From Cyanophyceae cyanobacterium (GTDB lineage: Bacteria; Cyanobacteriota; Cyanobacteriia; Cyanobacteriales; JBHJGN01): a stretch of DNA of 64,000 nt. Positions within the stretch are counted from its first letter, which is position 1. Every line of letters starts with the position of its first letter. The position numbers and the translations under genes are program-made. The DNA lies in assembly GCA_050331735.1 (NCBI GenBank), contig JBHJGN010000031.1:1-64000 (forward strand), given 5' to 3'. Below are positions 29,124 through 40,443 of this stretch, piece by piece. Under the pieces are notes generated by a model. It was not told where the DNA came from and did not search any database. It saw only the letters and a list, made by a program, of their open reading frames with translations.

Positions 29124-30449
29124 ATGAAACATTCCTCTCTCTTACGATTTAAATCTCCTCTGGCCTTAACCTTAGCAATGACAGTTTTAGCAAGCTTTGG
29201 ACTGATCTCCTGCCAAAGCGATACGGCAGGAACCGGAGGAGACACAACCACCACTGCCGATGGCGGCGGGGGTAATGGCGAAGGGTTAAAAATTGGGACG
29301 TTGTTACCAACTACAGGAGATCTGGCTTCTATTGGTCAAAATATGCCAGTAGCGGTGGAATTAGCGGTAGAAACGATCAACGCCTGTGGAGGTGTGAATG
29401 AAGCAGACGTGACGGTGATCAACGAAGATAGCCAAACCGATCCGAGTGCGGGCAGCTCTGCCATGACCAAGCTCGCTGAAGTGGATCAGGTAGCTGGCGT
29501 GGTTGGAGCCTTTGCCAGTAGCGTTTCCAGTGCGGCAGTAGATGTGGCCGTTCGTAACAACGTCATGATGATCTCCCCAGGCAGCACGAGCCCAGTTTTT
29601 ACAGGCAGAGCCCAAGACGGGGAATTTAATGGCTATTGGGCGAGAACGGCTCCTCCTGATACTTACCAGGCCCAGGCTTTAGCCGCTCTAGCCAACCAAG
29701 AAGGGTTTGAGAACGTGGCAACGGTAGTGATCAACAACGACTACGGCGTTGGCTTTGAAGAAGAATTCGACCAAGCCTTCGAGAAAGCGGGCGGTAAAAT
29801 TGTCGATAAAAGTAGCCCAGTGCGCTATGACCCCAAAGCTACCACTCTAGACTCTGAGGCATCAGAAGCGTTCAATAATAGTCCGGATGCAGTAGCGGCG
29901 GTGCTCTATGCAGAGACGGGAAGTGTACTTCTCAAATCGGCCTACGAACAAGGATTGCTGGATGAGGTTACCGTGATGTTAACCGATGGGGTTTACTCGC
30001 CAGATTTTGTCGAGCAGGTAGGCCAAACCGCAGACGGTACCTCGATCATCAGCGGTGCTTTAGGAACCGTCCCCGGAGCCAGTGGAGACGGTTTGGCTGA
30101 GTTTACCTCCGTCTGGGAGGAAGAAACTGGGCAGGATGTATCGGCCTTCGCTCCTCATAGCTGGGATGCTGCCGTCCTGTTGATGCTGGCCGCCGAAGCT
30201 GCTGATGAAAATACTGGCGAGGGGATTCAGAGCCAGATTGGGGAAGTGGCTAATGCTCCTGGTCAAGACGTTAGCGATCCCTGCGAAGCGATCGAGCTCG
30301 TTCGCAATGGCGAAGACATCAACTATCAAGGAGCCAGCGGTAATGTGGACATTGATGAAAACGGGGATGTCGTTGGCAGCTATGATGTTTGGACGGTACA
30401 AGACGACGGAACCTTAGAGGTGATTGATACCGTTAGCCCAGAGCAGTAA
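29124..30449 (+). CDS. branched-chain/neutral amino acid ABC substrate-binding lipoprotein (NatB-like)
   Basis: Lipobox LISC; LKIGTLLPTTGDL, ISPGSTSP, RTAPPDTYQ, YQGASG. Confidence 0.88.
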   Translation: MKHSSLLRFKSPLALTLAMTVLASFGLISCQSDTAGTGGDTTTTADGGGGNGEGLKIGTLLPTTGDLASIGQNMPVAVELAVETINACGGVNEADVTVINEDSQTDPSAGSSAMTKLAEVDQVAGVVGAFASSVSSAAVDVAVRNNVMMISPGSTSPVFTGRAQDGEFNGYWARTAPPDTYQAQALAALANQEGFENVATVVINNDYGVGFEEEFDQAFEKAGGKIVDKSSPVRYDPKATTLDSEASEAFNNSPDAVAAVLYAETGSVLLKSAYEQGLLDEVTVMLTDGVYSPDFVEQVGQTADGTSIISGALGTVPGASGDGLAEFTSVWEEETGQDVSAFAPHSWDAAVLLMLAAEAADENTGEGIQSQIGEVANAPGQDVSDPCEAIELVRNGEDINYQGASGNVDIDENGDVVGSYDVWTVQDDGTLEVIDTVSPEQ

Positions 30450-30490
30450 ACGGTGAGCAGCGATCAATAAACAACGATCAGTAATCAGCG
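30449..30490. repeat. degenerate heptamer tandem repeat (STRR-like)
   Basis: aacggtg agcagcg atcaata aacaacg atcagta atcagcg. Confidence 0.5.
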
Positions 30491-30536
30491 ATTGAGCGGT
30501 TATTGAATGAGGAGTGACCAGTTTAGGCAAACTCGG

Positions 30537-31490
30537 TCACTCTCTTTTTGTGTCAGATATCTGCTTCATCACAGCAGCCACAGACTGGGAGATAAACGGC
30601 AGTAGCTGACGGTTGGGGCTGGTGGTTTTGCCTTCGCTAAAGACAACCAGAAGATAGGGCTGCCTATTGGGAATCTCGATATAGGCAGCATCGTGGCGGA
30701 CTTGAGTCGTCCATCCGGCTTTGGACCATAGTTGAGCATCGGGGGGAAGTCCGGCTCCGAGAAAGCCGCTCACCTGATTTTCCTCGTCGCTACTGGAGGG
30801 AACTGCCTGGAGATCGCGCTGGAGCATGGCCATCATTTGCTGCGATCGCCCCCCCGAAACTGCCACTCCACCAATAATACTGTGCAATAATCGGGCAACG
30901 GCATCGGTTGTCAGCATATTGCGGTTTTCCATCATTTCTCCAAGGAACAGGCGCTCTCGTCCATAGGGGCCGTCGCCCCAGGGTTTTTGATTGACGTTGA
31001 TATTTTCTAGTTCCTGCCAGCCCAGGGAGGCAAAGTAGCGGTTAACGATATTGCGCTGAAACTGCCAGGTCTGAAAAGGGCCCGGTGCTAACTCGGGTCC
31101 GCTCGTTGTGCCACTCAAGACATCGACGATCAGACTCGTGGCATCGTTGCTAGAATCTATCACCATATCTCGCATCGCTCGCTCTAATTCGGTCGAACTC
31201 GCAATCATGCAGCTCTCTAGCCATTCCTGAACGGCAACGAGGTAGAACAGCTTCACCAGGCTGGCTGGGTAAACGCGCTCTACCCCTCGGTAGCTAAAGC
31301 CCCGCACTGGCTGCTGCCAGAAATCGACGGGCGCAATCGCTCCTCCAGTATTGACGATGACCGGAGAATCATAAACGATCCAGGTCAGAGCAATTTGGTT
31401 ACGAGCCAGTCCCGGAAATTCGGCCCAGGCAGCCTCGAGGATGTCGTTACCGAGAGCCGCCAGTTGAGAATCTTGGCGAAAGAAAACCAT
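30537..31490 (-). CDS. class A beta-lactamase-like serine hydrolase
   Basis: SxxK (ASLVK), SSN and KAG motifs. Confidence 0.85.
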   Translation of the reverse strand: MVFFRQDSQLAALGNDILEAAWAEFPGLARNQIALTWIVYDSPVIVNTGGAIAPVDFWQQPVRGFSYRGVERVYPASLVKLFYLVAVQEWLESCMIASSTELERAMRDMVIDSSNDATSLIVDVLSGTTSGPELAPGPFQTWQFQRNIVNRYFASLGWQELENINVNQKPWGDGPYGRERLFLGEMMENRNMLTTDAVARLLHSIIGGVAVSGGRSQQMMAMLQRDLQAVPSSSDEENQVSGFLGAGLPPDAQLWSKAGWTTQVRHDAAYIEIPNRQPYLLVVFSEGKTTSPNRQLLPFISQSVAAVMKQISDTKRE

Positions 31491-31575
31491 AGTTTTAAAT
31501 CGGAAGAGGATTGCCTAGTAAACAGTCGGCTATTAAGGTAGTTAGTCTAGGAGCAATTTTTACGGTGGTAACGGA

Positions 31576-32583
31576 GTGACTATATCAATTGCAGAGACTC
31601 AAAATCAACTTTTTCATCATGGCGTTCCTGATGTATCGATTGTAATTCCGGTGTACAACGAGGTCGATAGCTTACCGCTGCTGCTCGAGGCGATCGCCCA
31701 AACGCTGCAAGAGCGCCACCTCAGTTACGAAATTATTGCCGTGGATGACGGCTCGACGGATGGTTCTACCGAACTCCTCAAGCAACTCGCTCAATCTCGT
31801 TCCGATAGCTGCGCCATTCTGCTCCGGCGTAACTACGGACAAACTCCAGCAATGGCGGCTGGCTTTCATTATGCGACGGGGCGAGCGCTCGTTTCTTTGG
31901 ATGCCGATCTCCAAAATGATCCGGCAGATATTCCGCTGCTTTTAGACAAGTTAGCTGAAGGATACGATTTAGTCAGCGGCTGGAGGCAAAATCGCCAAGA
32001 TGCCGCCCTCACAAGGCTGCTGCCTTCCAAAATTGCCAACTGGCTGATCGGCAAAGTCACCGGAGTCCCCATTCACGACTACGGATGTTCCTTAAAAGCC
32101 TATCGGGCTGAGTTAGTGGCGGATATGCATCTGTACGGAGAGCTGCATCGGTTTCTGCCCGCGTTAGCTTTTATCGAAGGCGGCAAAATTACCGAGATGC
32201 CAGTCCGTCATCATCCTCGTCGCTTCGGTCGCAGCAAGTACGGTTTGGGGCGGACGTTCCGGGTGCTGATGGATCTGTTAACGATCTGGTTTATGAAAAA
32301 GTTTCTCACTCGCCCCATGCACGTGTTTGGGTTTTTGGGGCTGGCGTTGATGTTTGTGGGCGTACTGCTGGGAGCTTACCTGAGCTTTCTCAAGCTGGGA
32401 CTGGGACAAAATATTGGTGATCGCCCGCTCTTGATTCTGGTGGCGATCCTGCTGCTCACGGGGCTACAGCTATTCGGCTTTGGCTTGCTGGGCGAACTGC
32501 TGATGCGGACCTATCATGAATCTCAGGGAAGACCGATTTATCGAGTCAGGGAGATCGTCAGAAGAAATATTAAGAATGGTTAA
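31576..32583 (+). CDS. GT2 polyprenol-phosphate glycosyltransferase (ArnC/GtrB-like)
   Basis: VIPVYNE, VDDGSTD, RNYGQ, LDADLQNDP; two C-terminal TM helices. Confidence 0.92.
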   Translation: MTISIAETQNQLFHHGVPDVSIVIPVYNEVDSLPLLLEAIAQTLQERHLSYEIIAVDDGSTDGSTELLKQLAQSRSDSCAILLRRNYGQTPAMAAGFHYATGRALVSLDADLQNDPADIPLLLDKLAEGYDLVSGWRQNRQDAALTRLLPSKIANWLIGKVTGVPIHDYGCSLKAYRAELVADMHLYGELHRFLPALAFIEGGKITEMPVRHHPRRFGRSKYGLGRTFRVLMDLLTIWFMKKFLTRPMHVFGFLGLALMFVGVLLGAYLSFLKLGLGQNIGDRPLLILVAILLLTGLQLFGFGLLGELLMRTYHESQGRPIYRVREIVRRNIKNG

Positions 32584-32615
32584 CATAGAGAAGAAACCTT
32601 TCCTCCGCTGCTGAA

Positions 32616-33851
32616 GTGACTACTGTTAATCCGTTCAGAACTATAGAATCAGCAAAACTCAGAAGCCTGCTGTTCCTCTTTACTGCTGGTTTATCGTTCT
32701 GGATCAGTATGACCTGCTTACTGCCAACGCTGCCCGCCTATATTGCCGATCTTGGCGGCACGGCGCAGCAGGTGGGCACGGTAATGGGCTGTTTTGCCAT
32801 TGGTCTGCTGCTGTCTCGGACGTGGCTAGGGAGCCTGGCCGATCGGCGGAGTCGCAAGCTAGTCGTTCTGATTGGAGCAGCGGTGGTCGCGGTTGCTCCG
32901 TTGGGCTACCTGTTTGTCGAATCAATTGCGGGACTGATGGCGGTTCGGGCGTTTCACGGCATCAGTATTGCCGCTTTTACCACCGGATACAGTGCCTTAG
33001 TGGTCGATATCGCGCCAGCTAAGCAACGAGGCGAGGTCATTGGCTATATGAGCCTCGTTGTGCCAATTGGAATGGCGGTGGGACCAGCCGTGGGCGGTTT
33101 CTTGCAGGCTGGGGCTGGCTACGTCCCCCTGTTTTTGGTATCCGCTGGTGCGGGCTGTTTGGCCCTAATTTTGGCCAGTCAGATCGAAGAAGCGAGCCGT
33201 CAGATGTCCGGCAGTCCTGCTCAAGCGGGACGCAGTTTTTGGCAACTGTTGAGAAGTCGCTCTCTGCTGATTCCGGCTGTAGTGCTGTCGCTGATCGGGT
33301 TGGTGTTTGGGTCGCTCGTCTCGTTCTTTCCGCTGTATTTAAGAGCGACGGGGGTAGAATTGAACGCTGGCTTATTTTACTCGACAGCGGCGATCGCCTC
33401 TTTTTCAGTTCGTGTCTTTGCCGGGAGAGTTTCAGATCGAGTCGGTCGCGGGGGATTAATTACGGCTAGCTTACTCTGCTACGGCGTATCCATGCTGCTG
33501 CTGAGAACGGCTCAATCCTCGGTAGCGTTTATTGTGGCGGCTGCCGTGGAGGGAGCTGGTGCGGGTCTGCTGCTGCCCACAACCATTGCTCTGATTAGCG
33601 ATCGCTCTACCACCGCTGAACGCGGGCGAGTTCATGCTCTCTGCATTGGGGGCTTCGATGTCGGCATTGCGATCGCTGGTCCCCTGTTGGGAACGCTCAC
33701 CATTTTTATTGGCTATCAAGGCATCTTTTTGCTAGCGGCGGTGATGGCGGGTCTCGCTTTGCTGGTTTTTCTCACCCAATCCAATCAAACTCTGTCTCAT
33801 TCCCTTGGATTTGCCCTCGGTCGCGAAAGAGACAGCTACGCTATAGACTGA
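32616..33851 (+). CDS. MFS transporter
   Basis: About 12 hydrophobic segments; GSLADRRSRK and GRVSDRVGR motifs. Confidence 0.92.
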   Translation: MTTVNPFRTIESAKLRSLLFLFTAGLSFWISMTCLLPTLPAYIADLGGTAQQVGTVMGCFAIGLLLSRTWLGSLADRRSRKLVVLIGAAVVAVAPLGYLFVESIAGLMAVRAFHGISIAAFTTGYSALVVDIAPAKQRGEVIGYMSLVVPIGMAVGPAVGGFLQAGAGYVPLFLVSAGAGCLALILASQIEEASRQMSGSPAQAGRSFWQLLRSRSLLIPAVVLSLIGLVFGSLVSFFPLYLRATGVELNAGLFYSTAAIASFSVRVFAGRVSDRVGRGGLITASLLCYGVSMLLLRTAQSSVAFIVAAAVEGAGAGLLLPTTIALISDRSTTAERGRVHALCIGGFDVGIAIAGPLLGTLTIFIGYQGIFLLAAVMAGLALLVFLTQSNQTLSHSLGFALGRERDSYAID

Positions 33852-33889
33852 ATGGAAACGCAGCCTCCTGCGATTCTACTCTAGGTTAA

Positions 33890-33963
33890 CGGGCTAGGAG
33901 GGATTCGAACCCCCGACACCGTGGTCCGTAGCCACGTGCTCTAGTCCACTGAGCTACAAGCCC
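33890..33963 (-). tRNA. trnR: tRNA-Arg(ACG)
   Basis: Reverse complement reads GGGCTTGTAGCTCAGTGGACTAGAGCACGTGGCTACGGACCACGGTGTCGGGGGTTCGAATCCCTCCTAGCCCG. Confidence 0.97.
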
Positions 33964-33990
33964 TTGCTCAACAGATACTAATAATATCAT

Positions 33991-34506
33991 ATGTCTGACC
34001 AAATTGTGCAGAATAATCGGTCAAAGCTTTCTCATTTGAATACTCAAGGGGAAGCCGAGATGGTGGATGTTTCTACTAAACCACTCACGGTACGAGAAGC
34101 TCTAGCGGGGGGACAGGTGCGCATGTCTTCTGCTACCTTTGCCGCCATCGAAGCGGGCAATACTCCTAAAGGAGATGTGCTGGGAACCGCGAAATTAGCC
34201 GGAATCATGGCCGCCAAACAAACCGCCACTCTCATTCCTCTCTGTCATCCGCTGCCGCTGCAAAAAATCACGGTGCAGCTAGCAGCCGATCCCCAACTTC
34301 CTGGCTATCAAATTCGAGCGACGGTCAAAACGCGAGCCGAAACGGGAGTTGAAATGGAGGCGCTGACAGCCGTTTCTGTCTCTGCACTCACTCTTTACGA
34401 TATGGCAAAAGCCCTCGATAAATCGATGCAAATTGAGTCGATTCGTCTTCTGAGCAAAACGGGCGGTAAATCTGGAGATTATATTCGTGAAGCAGAGGGA
34501 GATTAA
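33991..34506 (+). CDS. moaC: cyclic pyranopterin monophosphate synthase
   Basis: LSHL...[27 protein letters not shown]. Confidence 0.96.
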   Translation: MSDQIVQNNRSKLSHLNTQGEAEMVDVSTKPLTVREALAGGQVRMSSATFAAIEAGNTPKGDVLGTAKLAGIMAAKQTATLIPLCHPLPLQKITVQLAADPQLPGYQIRATVKTRAETGVEMEALTAVSVSALTLYDMAKALDKSMQIESIRLLSKTGGKSGDYIREAEGD

Positions 34507-34546
34507 GGATTTACAATGGAAACAGTAAGATTATTTGACTCACCCT

Positions 34547-34798
34547 ATGCCTCCTCGTTGGCCCCGTCAACCGAACCGTCAAGACCCTGCTTACCGTCGT
34601 TTGGATGACCGCATGAACGTTGCGGTGCACGTTGCCACCTTTATTGCCGTTAATTCTGGCTTATGGTTTGTGCATAATCTCAAACAGACGACGTGGACGT
34701 GGCTAATTTGGGTGACAGGAGGTTGGGCCGTACTCTTATTACTGCATTTTATTTACATTACGGCGATCGCAGATTATTCGGTAAAAACTGATGGCTAA
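34547..34798 (+). CDS. 2TM-domain small membrane protein
   Basis: MPPRWPRQP..DPAYRRLDDRMN, a conserved cyanobacterial start; two TM helices. Confidence 0.8.
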   Translation: MPPRWPRQPNRQDPAYRRLDDRMNVAVHVATFIAVNSGLWFVHNLKQTTWTWLIWVTGGWAVLLLLHFIYITAIADYSVKTDG

Positions 34799-35096
34799 TC
34801 CCGGTACAACCCAAGAAATCGAGGCTCTTGCCGCCGAAATTGGTGAGAATATTTACATGGATGTCGCCAAATGGCATTTGTATCTTTCGGATGCTCACCT
34901 CCATACCACCGTTGCTGAACGTGTTTATCCACTGCTAGCACAAAGTATCAGCGAGACCGAGGTACTCAAAGTCCTGGCAGGCATCACTGTTCAGCTAGGC
35001 GGAGGTAGAAAAGAGCTACCGCTTGTAGAACTGCTGCCAATGCAGTGTCAGGTGAATCTGATTGATTTACTCGAAGAATACCAGCGCCAAATGTAG
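34791..35096 (+). CDS. DUF3181-like conserved cyanobacterial protein
   Basis: IEALAAEIGENIYMDVAKWHLYL...LGGG motif. Confidence 0.75.
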   Translation: MANPGTTQEIEALAAEIGENIYMDVAKWHLYLSDAHLHTTVAERVYPLLAQSISETEVLKVLAGITVQLGGGRKELPLVELLPMQCQVNLIDLLEEYQRQM

Positions 35097-35209
35097 CCAG
35101 TGGTATCCAGGCTTAATGGGTTCTCTTTAAGGAGTAAGCCAGTCGTTGCGGATGCTATCTGGGCTTTTATCCCCCTTGAGCAGGGGGAATTCAAATTTAC
35201 TAATTTATG

Positions 35210-35993
35210 TATGGGTTTCTCCGCACTAACTGAATTGCCTCTCAGGGCCTTTGGAACCGGATTTGGCATTATTATCGGCAACTCAATGATCAAGTTCTTT
35301 GCTCATCGCAAAGCCGTTAACGAAACTAAAAAAATTTTTTCCTTCGCTATCGAAGAACAGTTGTCTTCTCTATCCGCTTTAGTAGTTTGTTTAGATAAAG
35401 TCAGATTTTTGCTAGGAGAAAACTACAGCGAAATCACGACAGAGCAAAACCCTTTAGCTGAAAATCGGCTTGAGCTTAGAAATAATGCTGTTGTCGTTCA
35501 ACAAACAGTTGAACAGCTTTTGGAAAATGACTTTTACAATCAGTTGCTAGGAGAGCAGAGGATTTTTCCAGCAGATGTGATTGCGATTACTGGTAAATAT
35601 TTTGGTAAGCTACAGCAGTACTTAGTCAGCCTCAAACTCTTTTTTTCTAGTCTTCCGGTAGAAGAAGCAAAGACTCAGCAAAAGCATCACTGGCCAGAGC
35701 AAAAAGTCTTGTTAGAGAAATTAGAATGGCTAATTACTCAAGCTGAAGTTACCATCGATCGCGGTAACATGAGCAAAATTGTTTTGGATCAAAACAAGAA
35801 TTTTAGAGAGCAAAATGAGGCTGAGATTTTAGCCCGACGATTCTATTCTAATGAAGAATGCAGCCGCTACTGCGATCGCCACAGATATTCAGAAGCGCAA
35901 GAGCTTGACGAAATTCAAGCATTTGTTGCTCAACACTCTGTCGAGCCAAGCCGTCATCACGGAACCGAGGAGTTAGCCACCGAAAATTCTTGA
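35210..35993 (+). CDS. hypothetical protein (start uncertain)
   Basis: Long AT-rich ORF (open from 35100); N-terminal hydrophobic stretch, then helical-looking sequence; no recognised motif. Confidence 0.55.
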
Positions 35994-36147
35994 TTTAACG
36001 TTTCAGCCGATGAAATTTGCTGATTTTTCTAGCTATTATAGCCAACTAAACGAGCTTCTATTTGTCACGAGTACAGCTAGAGTTAAGTCAAAAAAGCTAA
36101 AAAATCATTCGCTAGCGCTCCTGATCTTACTAACAGCCAGCTATCCG

Positions 36148-37071
36148 TTAGGCAAGAGTTAATATTCTTGGCGGAGAGAACTCTTGACTTTTCTCCAGCA
36201 GATACTCTAAAAACGTTTGGGCAATGACAGATAGCTGCTTGTCAGCAAGATAGGTTACATACCAGCGACGCTTGATTGGAAAATGCTGCACATCTAGAAC
36301 AGCAAAATCTCCGGTCAGTCTTTCAGAAATCAGCGTATGTTGCGAGAGGACGGAAATTCCCATTCCACCGGCGATAGCCTGCTTAATTGCCTCGTTACTG
36401 CCCAATTCTAGCTTGACTCGTACCGACACTTTATGCCGAGCAAATAATTTTTGCACCGCCGCCCGCGTTCCCGATCCCTGCTCGCGCATAATAAAAGATT
36501 CGCCATCTAGCTTTCTAATGGGGATGTCGGGTTGCCCAGCTAAAGGATGATCTTTGGGCGCTAAAACAACCAAGGGATTGTCGAGAAACGGTTCGCTACA
36601 CAGATCAATTTCCTCTGGGGGATGGCTAAGCACGTAAAGATCGTCTTCATTTTCCATCATTCGTCTTTGAATCTGTTGGTGGTTGACTACTTCTAAAGAG
36701 ACATCAATTCCCGGATATTGCTGACAAAAGGAACCGAGAATGCGAGGCACAAAATACTTTGCCGTCGTAATGACCGATAGCCGTAGTTTACCTTGCTTCG
36801 TGCCTTTAAGATCGGCAACCTTCATCTCAAAGTTGTCTAATTGTTCAAAGATACTTTGGCAAGTTGCTAACAGTTCTTTACCAGCCTCCGTCAGGTACAG
36901 TCGTTTACCAATTTGCTCAAATAGAGGTAAACCAATCGATTTGCTCAACTGCTTGATTTGACTAGAAACGGTCGGTTGAGTAATAAATAGCTCTTCTGCC
37001 GCTCGAGTAAAGCTACCGTGACGAGCAGTTGCTTCAAAAACGGCTAACTGATGTAAAGTCCCTTGAATCAA
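36148..37071 (-). CDS. ndhR: LysR-type Ci-regulon repressor NdhR/CcmR
   Basis: TLHQL.VFEATARHGSFTRAAEEL.ITQPTVSSQIKQLSK and LELGSNEAIKQAIAGGMG match NdhR/CcmR closely; TTG start with GAGGAG RBS. Confidence 0.85.
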   Translation of the reverse strand: MIQGTLHQLAVFEATARHGSFTRAAEELFITQPTVSSQIKQLSKSIGLPLFEQIGKRLYLTEAGKELLATCQSIFEQLDNFEMKVADLKGTKQGKLRLSVITTAKYFVPRILGSFCQQYPGIDVSLEVVNHQQIQRRMMENEDDLYVLSHPPEEIDLCSEPFLDNPLVVLAPKDHPLAGQPDIPIRKLDGESFIMREQGSGTRAAVQKLFARHKVSVRVKLELGSNEAIKQAIAGGMGISVLSQHTLISERLTGDFAVLDVQHFPIKRRWYVTYLADKQLSVIAQTFLEYLLEKSQEFSPPRILTLA

Positions 37072-37133
37072 GACTAACTCCTCTCTAATCGCGATTTTTA
37101 TATAGCTAGAAGATTATTGTTGCTTTTACTAGC

Positions 37134-37202
37134 ATAGACTATTACCAATGATACCACAAATAAAAATTGTTTATGTAGATGATTAGATCGAGCAAAGTCT
37201 AT
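37134..37202. promoter_or_regulatory. candidate NdhR/LysR autoregulatory boxes
   Basis: ATAG-N8-CAAT (37134-37149) and ATCG-N8-CTAT (37187-37202), each one mismatch from ATAG-N8-CTAT. Confidence 0.5.
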
Positions 37203-37712
37203 TGGTAAGATGGCCTCTAGTACTTTTCTAGAACGTTGCTCAGCTTATTACCTACTTTTGGTACAGAAACCGCTATTCATTTGATCGTTAGGCACTTCAT
37301 CAACTTAGCGTTAACCAGCGAAGAGAAGCTACTTGTCGGCTAATAAAATTAAGCTAAAATGTTCAAGAGATTTTAGGTAGTTTCTAAAAACGGTTAACTA
37401 TTTTTACTAGTCATTAGCTATTGATGGCTTCGTAGCAATCTTTAATTTGTTCGTACATTTAGCTCCGTTGACTTATTCTATTTCTTGGGCTTTGTACAGT
37501 CGATATTTAAATTCAGTTTTCCTTTTTTCTATCTATTAGTTTGTTCAAGCTTGTTTCTTGATCTACATCTTCATTAAAGAGAAAACAAAATGTGCTAGAA
37601 TTTAAGAAAAATAAGGGAATATTTGCGGATTTCTGCGGCAAAAACAAATAGGATTTGCCCGTATTTTCCTTGCCAAGCAGCATAAGCTTACTTGAATGGA
37701 GTTTTTTAACCT

Positions 37713-40286
37713 ATGACCTTCTCCCAAGATCGGATTATTCCTACAGATCTGAGCAACGAAATGTCTCAGTCTTACCTAGAATACGCGATGAGCGTTATTG
37801 TTGGACGGGCGCTTCCTGATGCTCGGGATGGTCTTAAACCAGTCCATCGACGAATTCTCTACGCCATGTACGAGTTAGGACTGACTCCAGAACGACCGTT
37901 TAGAAAGTGTGCCCGTGTGGTGGGGGAAGTTTTAGGTAAATATCATCCGCATGGCGATACGGCGGTTTATGATGCTCTAGTACGGATGGCTCAGTCGTTT
38001 TCGATGCGCCATCCGCTGATTGAAGGTCACGGCAATTTTGGCTCGGTCGATAACGATCCGCCAGCGGCGATGCGCTACACCGAGAGTCGCCTCCAGTCCC
38101 TAACCACTAACGCTCTGCTTCAAGATATTGAGTCAGAGACCGTCGATTTTATTGACAATTTTGATGGCTCCCAACAGGAACCCGTTGTGCTACCGGCTAG
38201 AGTCCCGCAACTACTCCTCAATGGCTCTTCCGGAATCGCTGTAGGAATGGCCACCAATATTCCGCCTCACAACCTCGGGGAGTTAATCGATGGCGTTGTT
38301 GCTCTGATTGCCAATCCCGAAATAACCGACCGGGAACTGATGAAGCTCATTCCCGGACCAGATTTTCCTACTGGAGGAGAAATATTAGGGCGTTCTGGAA
38401 TTGCCGATGCCTACACAACCGGACGCGGCTCGATCACAATGCGTGGCATTGCCGGTATTGAAACCATTGAGCAACGGGGACGACCGGATCGAGATGCCAT
38501 TATTATCACTCAGCTTCCCTATCAAACCAACAAGGCGGCTCTGATTGAGAAGATTGCGGAAATGGTCAACGACAAGCGACTAGAGGGAATTGCCGATATT
38601 CGGGATGAAAGCGATCGCGACGGGATGAGAGTGGTCATTGAGCTGAAACGGGATGCCTATCCGCGCGTTGTGCTAAACAATCTCTTCAAGCATACGCCTC
38701 TGCAAACCAATTTCGGAGCGAATATGCTAGCGCTGGTCAACGGCGAGCCGCTCCTGCTGAGTCTAAAAGAGTTCCTGCGAGTTTTCCTAGACTTCCGCAT
38801 CGAAGCCATTACTCGACGCACCCAATACGAGTTGCGCAAAGCGCAAGAAAGAGACCACGTTCTTCAAGGTTTGTTGATTGCCCTGGGAAATCTCGATGCC
38901 ATCATTGCCCTGATCCGTCATGCCGCCGATGCCGCTACCGCTAGTGCCGAACTTGTGGCTCAATTTGGTCTGTCAGAAGTACAGGCCAATGCGATCTTGC
39001 AGATGCAGCTCCGGCGCTTGACAGCGTTGGAAGCCGAGAAGATCCAGGCCGAACACGAAGAATTACAGAGACGGATTGCTGACCTTCAGGATATCTTGGC
39101 GCGGCGCGAACGCATTGAGGGCATTATCCAACAAGAAGTGCTACAGCTCAAAGCTGCCCATGCCACACCGCGTCGGACTACTTTTGTCCAGGGTGAAGGA
39201 GAACTGCTCGATACCGACCTGATTGCCAACGAACAAGCCGTCATTTTGTTGACCGAGCAAGGCTACATCAAACGCATGCCCGTTGATACCTTTGGCTCTC
39301 AAAGTCGCGCAACTCGGGGGAAAGCCGCAGCGCGAATTAAAGAAAATGATGTCGTTGAGCACTTTTTAAGCTGCTGCGACCACGACAACGTGCTGTTCTT
39401 CACCGATAAGGGGTTAGTTTATACTCTCAATGCTTATCAAATTCCAGTCGCTTCTCGGACGGCGAGAGGAATTCCCATGGTGCAGATGCTGCCTCTTTCT
39501 AGAGAAGAGAAAATTACCTCCATGGTGCCAGTGACAGAGTTTACTGAAGACGAGTATTTAGTGATGCTGACCCGCAATGGCTACATTAAGAAAACTGCTC
39601 TGGCCGCTTTTAGCAATATTCGCACCAATGGCTTGATTGCGATTTGCTTGGAGGAGGGAGATCAACTGCGCTGGGTGAGGCTGGCTCGCGGAGAAGACAG
39701 CATTATTATTGGTTCCCGGCAAGGAATTGCGATTCATTTTAGAGCCGACGATCAACAGCTACGACCGCTCGGACGGGCAACAAGAGGCGTTAAATCGATG
39801 AAGCTGCGAGGAGATGACGAGGTGATCAGCATGGATATTATTCCTGCTCAGGTCGTTGCCGGTATCGTCGCTGCTGGAGATGACGACGAGGAGCCAGAAT
39901 TAGGGGCAGACAGCGTTCTCGGACCTTGGGTGCTGGCAATTACCACTAGTGGTTACGGCAAAAGAGTCCCTATTGCCCACTTCCGGCTTCAGAATCGTGC
40001 TGGCATGGGGATTAAAGCCATCAAGTTTCGTTCCACTCAAGAAGAGTTAGCCGCTATTCACGTCGTCAATCAGGAAGACGAGTTGATGCTCGTCACTAGT
40101 CGAGGCATTATTATTCGTCAGCCCGTTAACGATATTTCTTTGCAGTCTCGCATGGCTACTGGAGTCAGAGTCCAGCGACTAGACGGTGACGATGCGATCG
40201 CCGCCGTTGCGTTAGTGCCGCCATCGGAGTCTGGTGCTGAAGAGGGAGAAGAATCACCCATTCATGATCAAGAGTCCTCTAACTAG
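37713..40286 (+). CDS. gyrA: DNA gyrase subunit A
   Basis: [29 protein letters not shown] (catalytic Tyr), GyrA-box-like QSRATRG. Confidence 0.97.
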   Translation: MTFSQDRIIPTDLSNEMSQSYLEYAMSVIVGRALPDARDGLKPVHRRILYAMYELGLTPERPFRKCARVVGEVLGKYHPHGDTAVYDALVRMAQSFSMRHPLIEGHGNFGSVDNDPPAAMRYTESRLQSLTTNALLQDIESETVDFIDNFDGSQQEPVVLPARVPQLLLNGSSGIAVGMATNIPPHNLGELIDGVVALIANPEITDRELMKLIPGPDFPTGGEILGRSGIADAYTTGRGSITMRGIAGIETIEQRGRPDRDAIIITQLPYQTNKAALIEKIAEMVNDKRLEGIADIRDESDRDGMRVVIELKRDAYPRVVLNNLFKHTPLQTNFGANMLALVNGEPLLLSLKEFLRVFLDFRIEAITRRTQYELRKAQERDHVLQGLLIALGNLDAIIALIRHAADAATASAELVAQFGLSEVQANAILQMQLRRLTALEAEKIQAEHEELQRRIADLQDILARRERIEGIIQQEVLQLKAAHATPRRTTFVQGEGELLDTDLIANEQAVILLTEQGYIKRMPVDTFGSQSRATRGKAAARIKENDVVEHFLSCCDHDNVLFFTDKGLVYTLNAYQIPVASRTARGIPMVQMLPLSREEKITSMVPVTEFTEDEYLVMLTRNGYIKKTALAAFSNIRTNGLIAICLEEGDQLRWVRLARGEDSIIIGSRQGIAIHFRADDQQLRPLGRATRGVKSMKLRGDDEVISMDIIPAQVVAGIVAAGDDDEEPELGADSVLGPWVLAITTSGYGKRVPIAHFRLQNRAGMGIKAIKFRSTQEELAAIHVVNQEDELMLVTSRGIIIRQPVNDISLQSRMATGVRVQRLDGDDAIAAVALVPPSESGAEEGEESPIHDQESSN

Positions 40287-40288
40287 TC

Positions 40289-40364
40289 AGGGAAAAGGGG
40301 AAAGGGCAAGGGGGAAAGGAAAACAGAAATTAGTTTATTCCTTAGCTTTATGCTCTTTCCCCCC
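40289..40364. repeat. G-rich heptamer repeat with partial C-rich mirror arm
   Basis: agggaaa agggga aagggca aggggga aaggaaa ... tctttccccc; same repeat family as at 9.3 and 27.1 kb, without mini-hairpins. Confidence 0.6.
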
Positions 40365-40382
40365 GTACAGAGTGTAACAACA

Positions 40383-40401
40383 TAGTTGACAAAAGCAACT
40401 A
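40383..40401. promoter_or_regulatory. palindromic operator overlapping a -35 box
   Basis: TAGTTG-acaaaag-CAACTA containing TTGACA, upstream of the MarR-GNAT gene. Confidence 0.55.
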
Positions 40402-40443
40402 AATAATTGATAGTGGCAAGTATATTTATGAAAGCTACCGCTC

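Noticed and set aside
30537..31490. Acquired beta-lactam resistance gene
   Set aside because: It looks like the common chromosomal cyanobacterial class-A-like serine hydrolase; it contains HIP1 and has no mobile context.
26147..33963. tRNA-anchored genomic island
   Set aside because: No integrase and no duplicated tRNA 3' end seen; the flanking genes are core and HIP1-containing.
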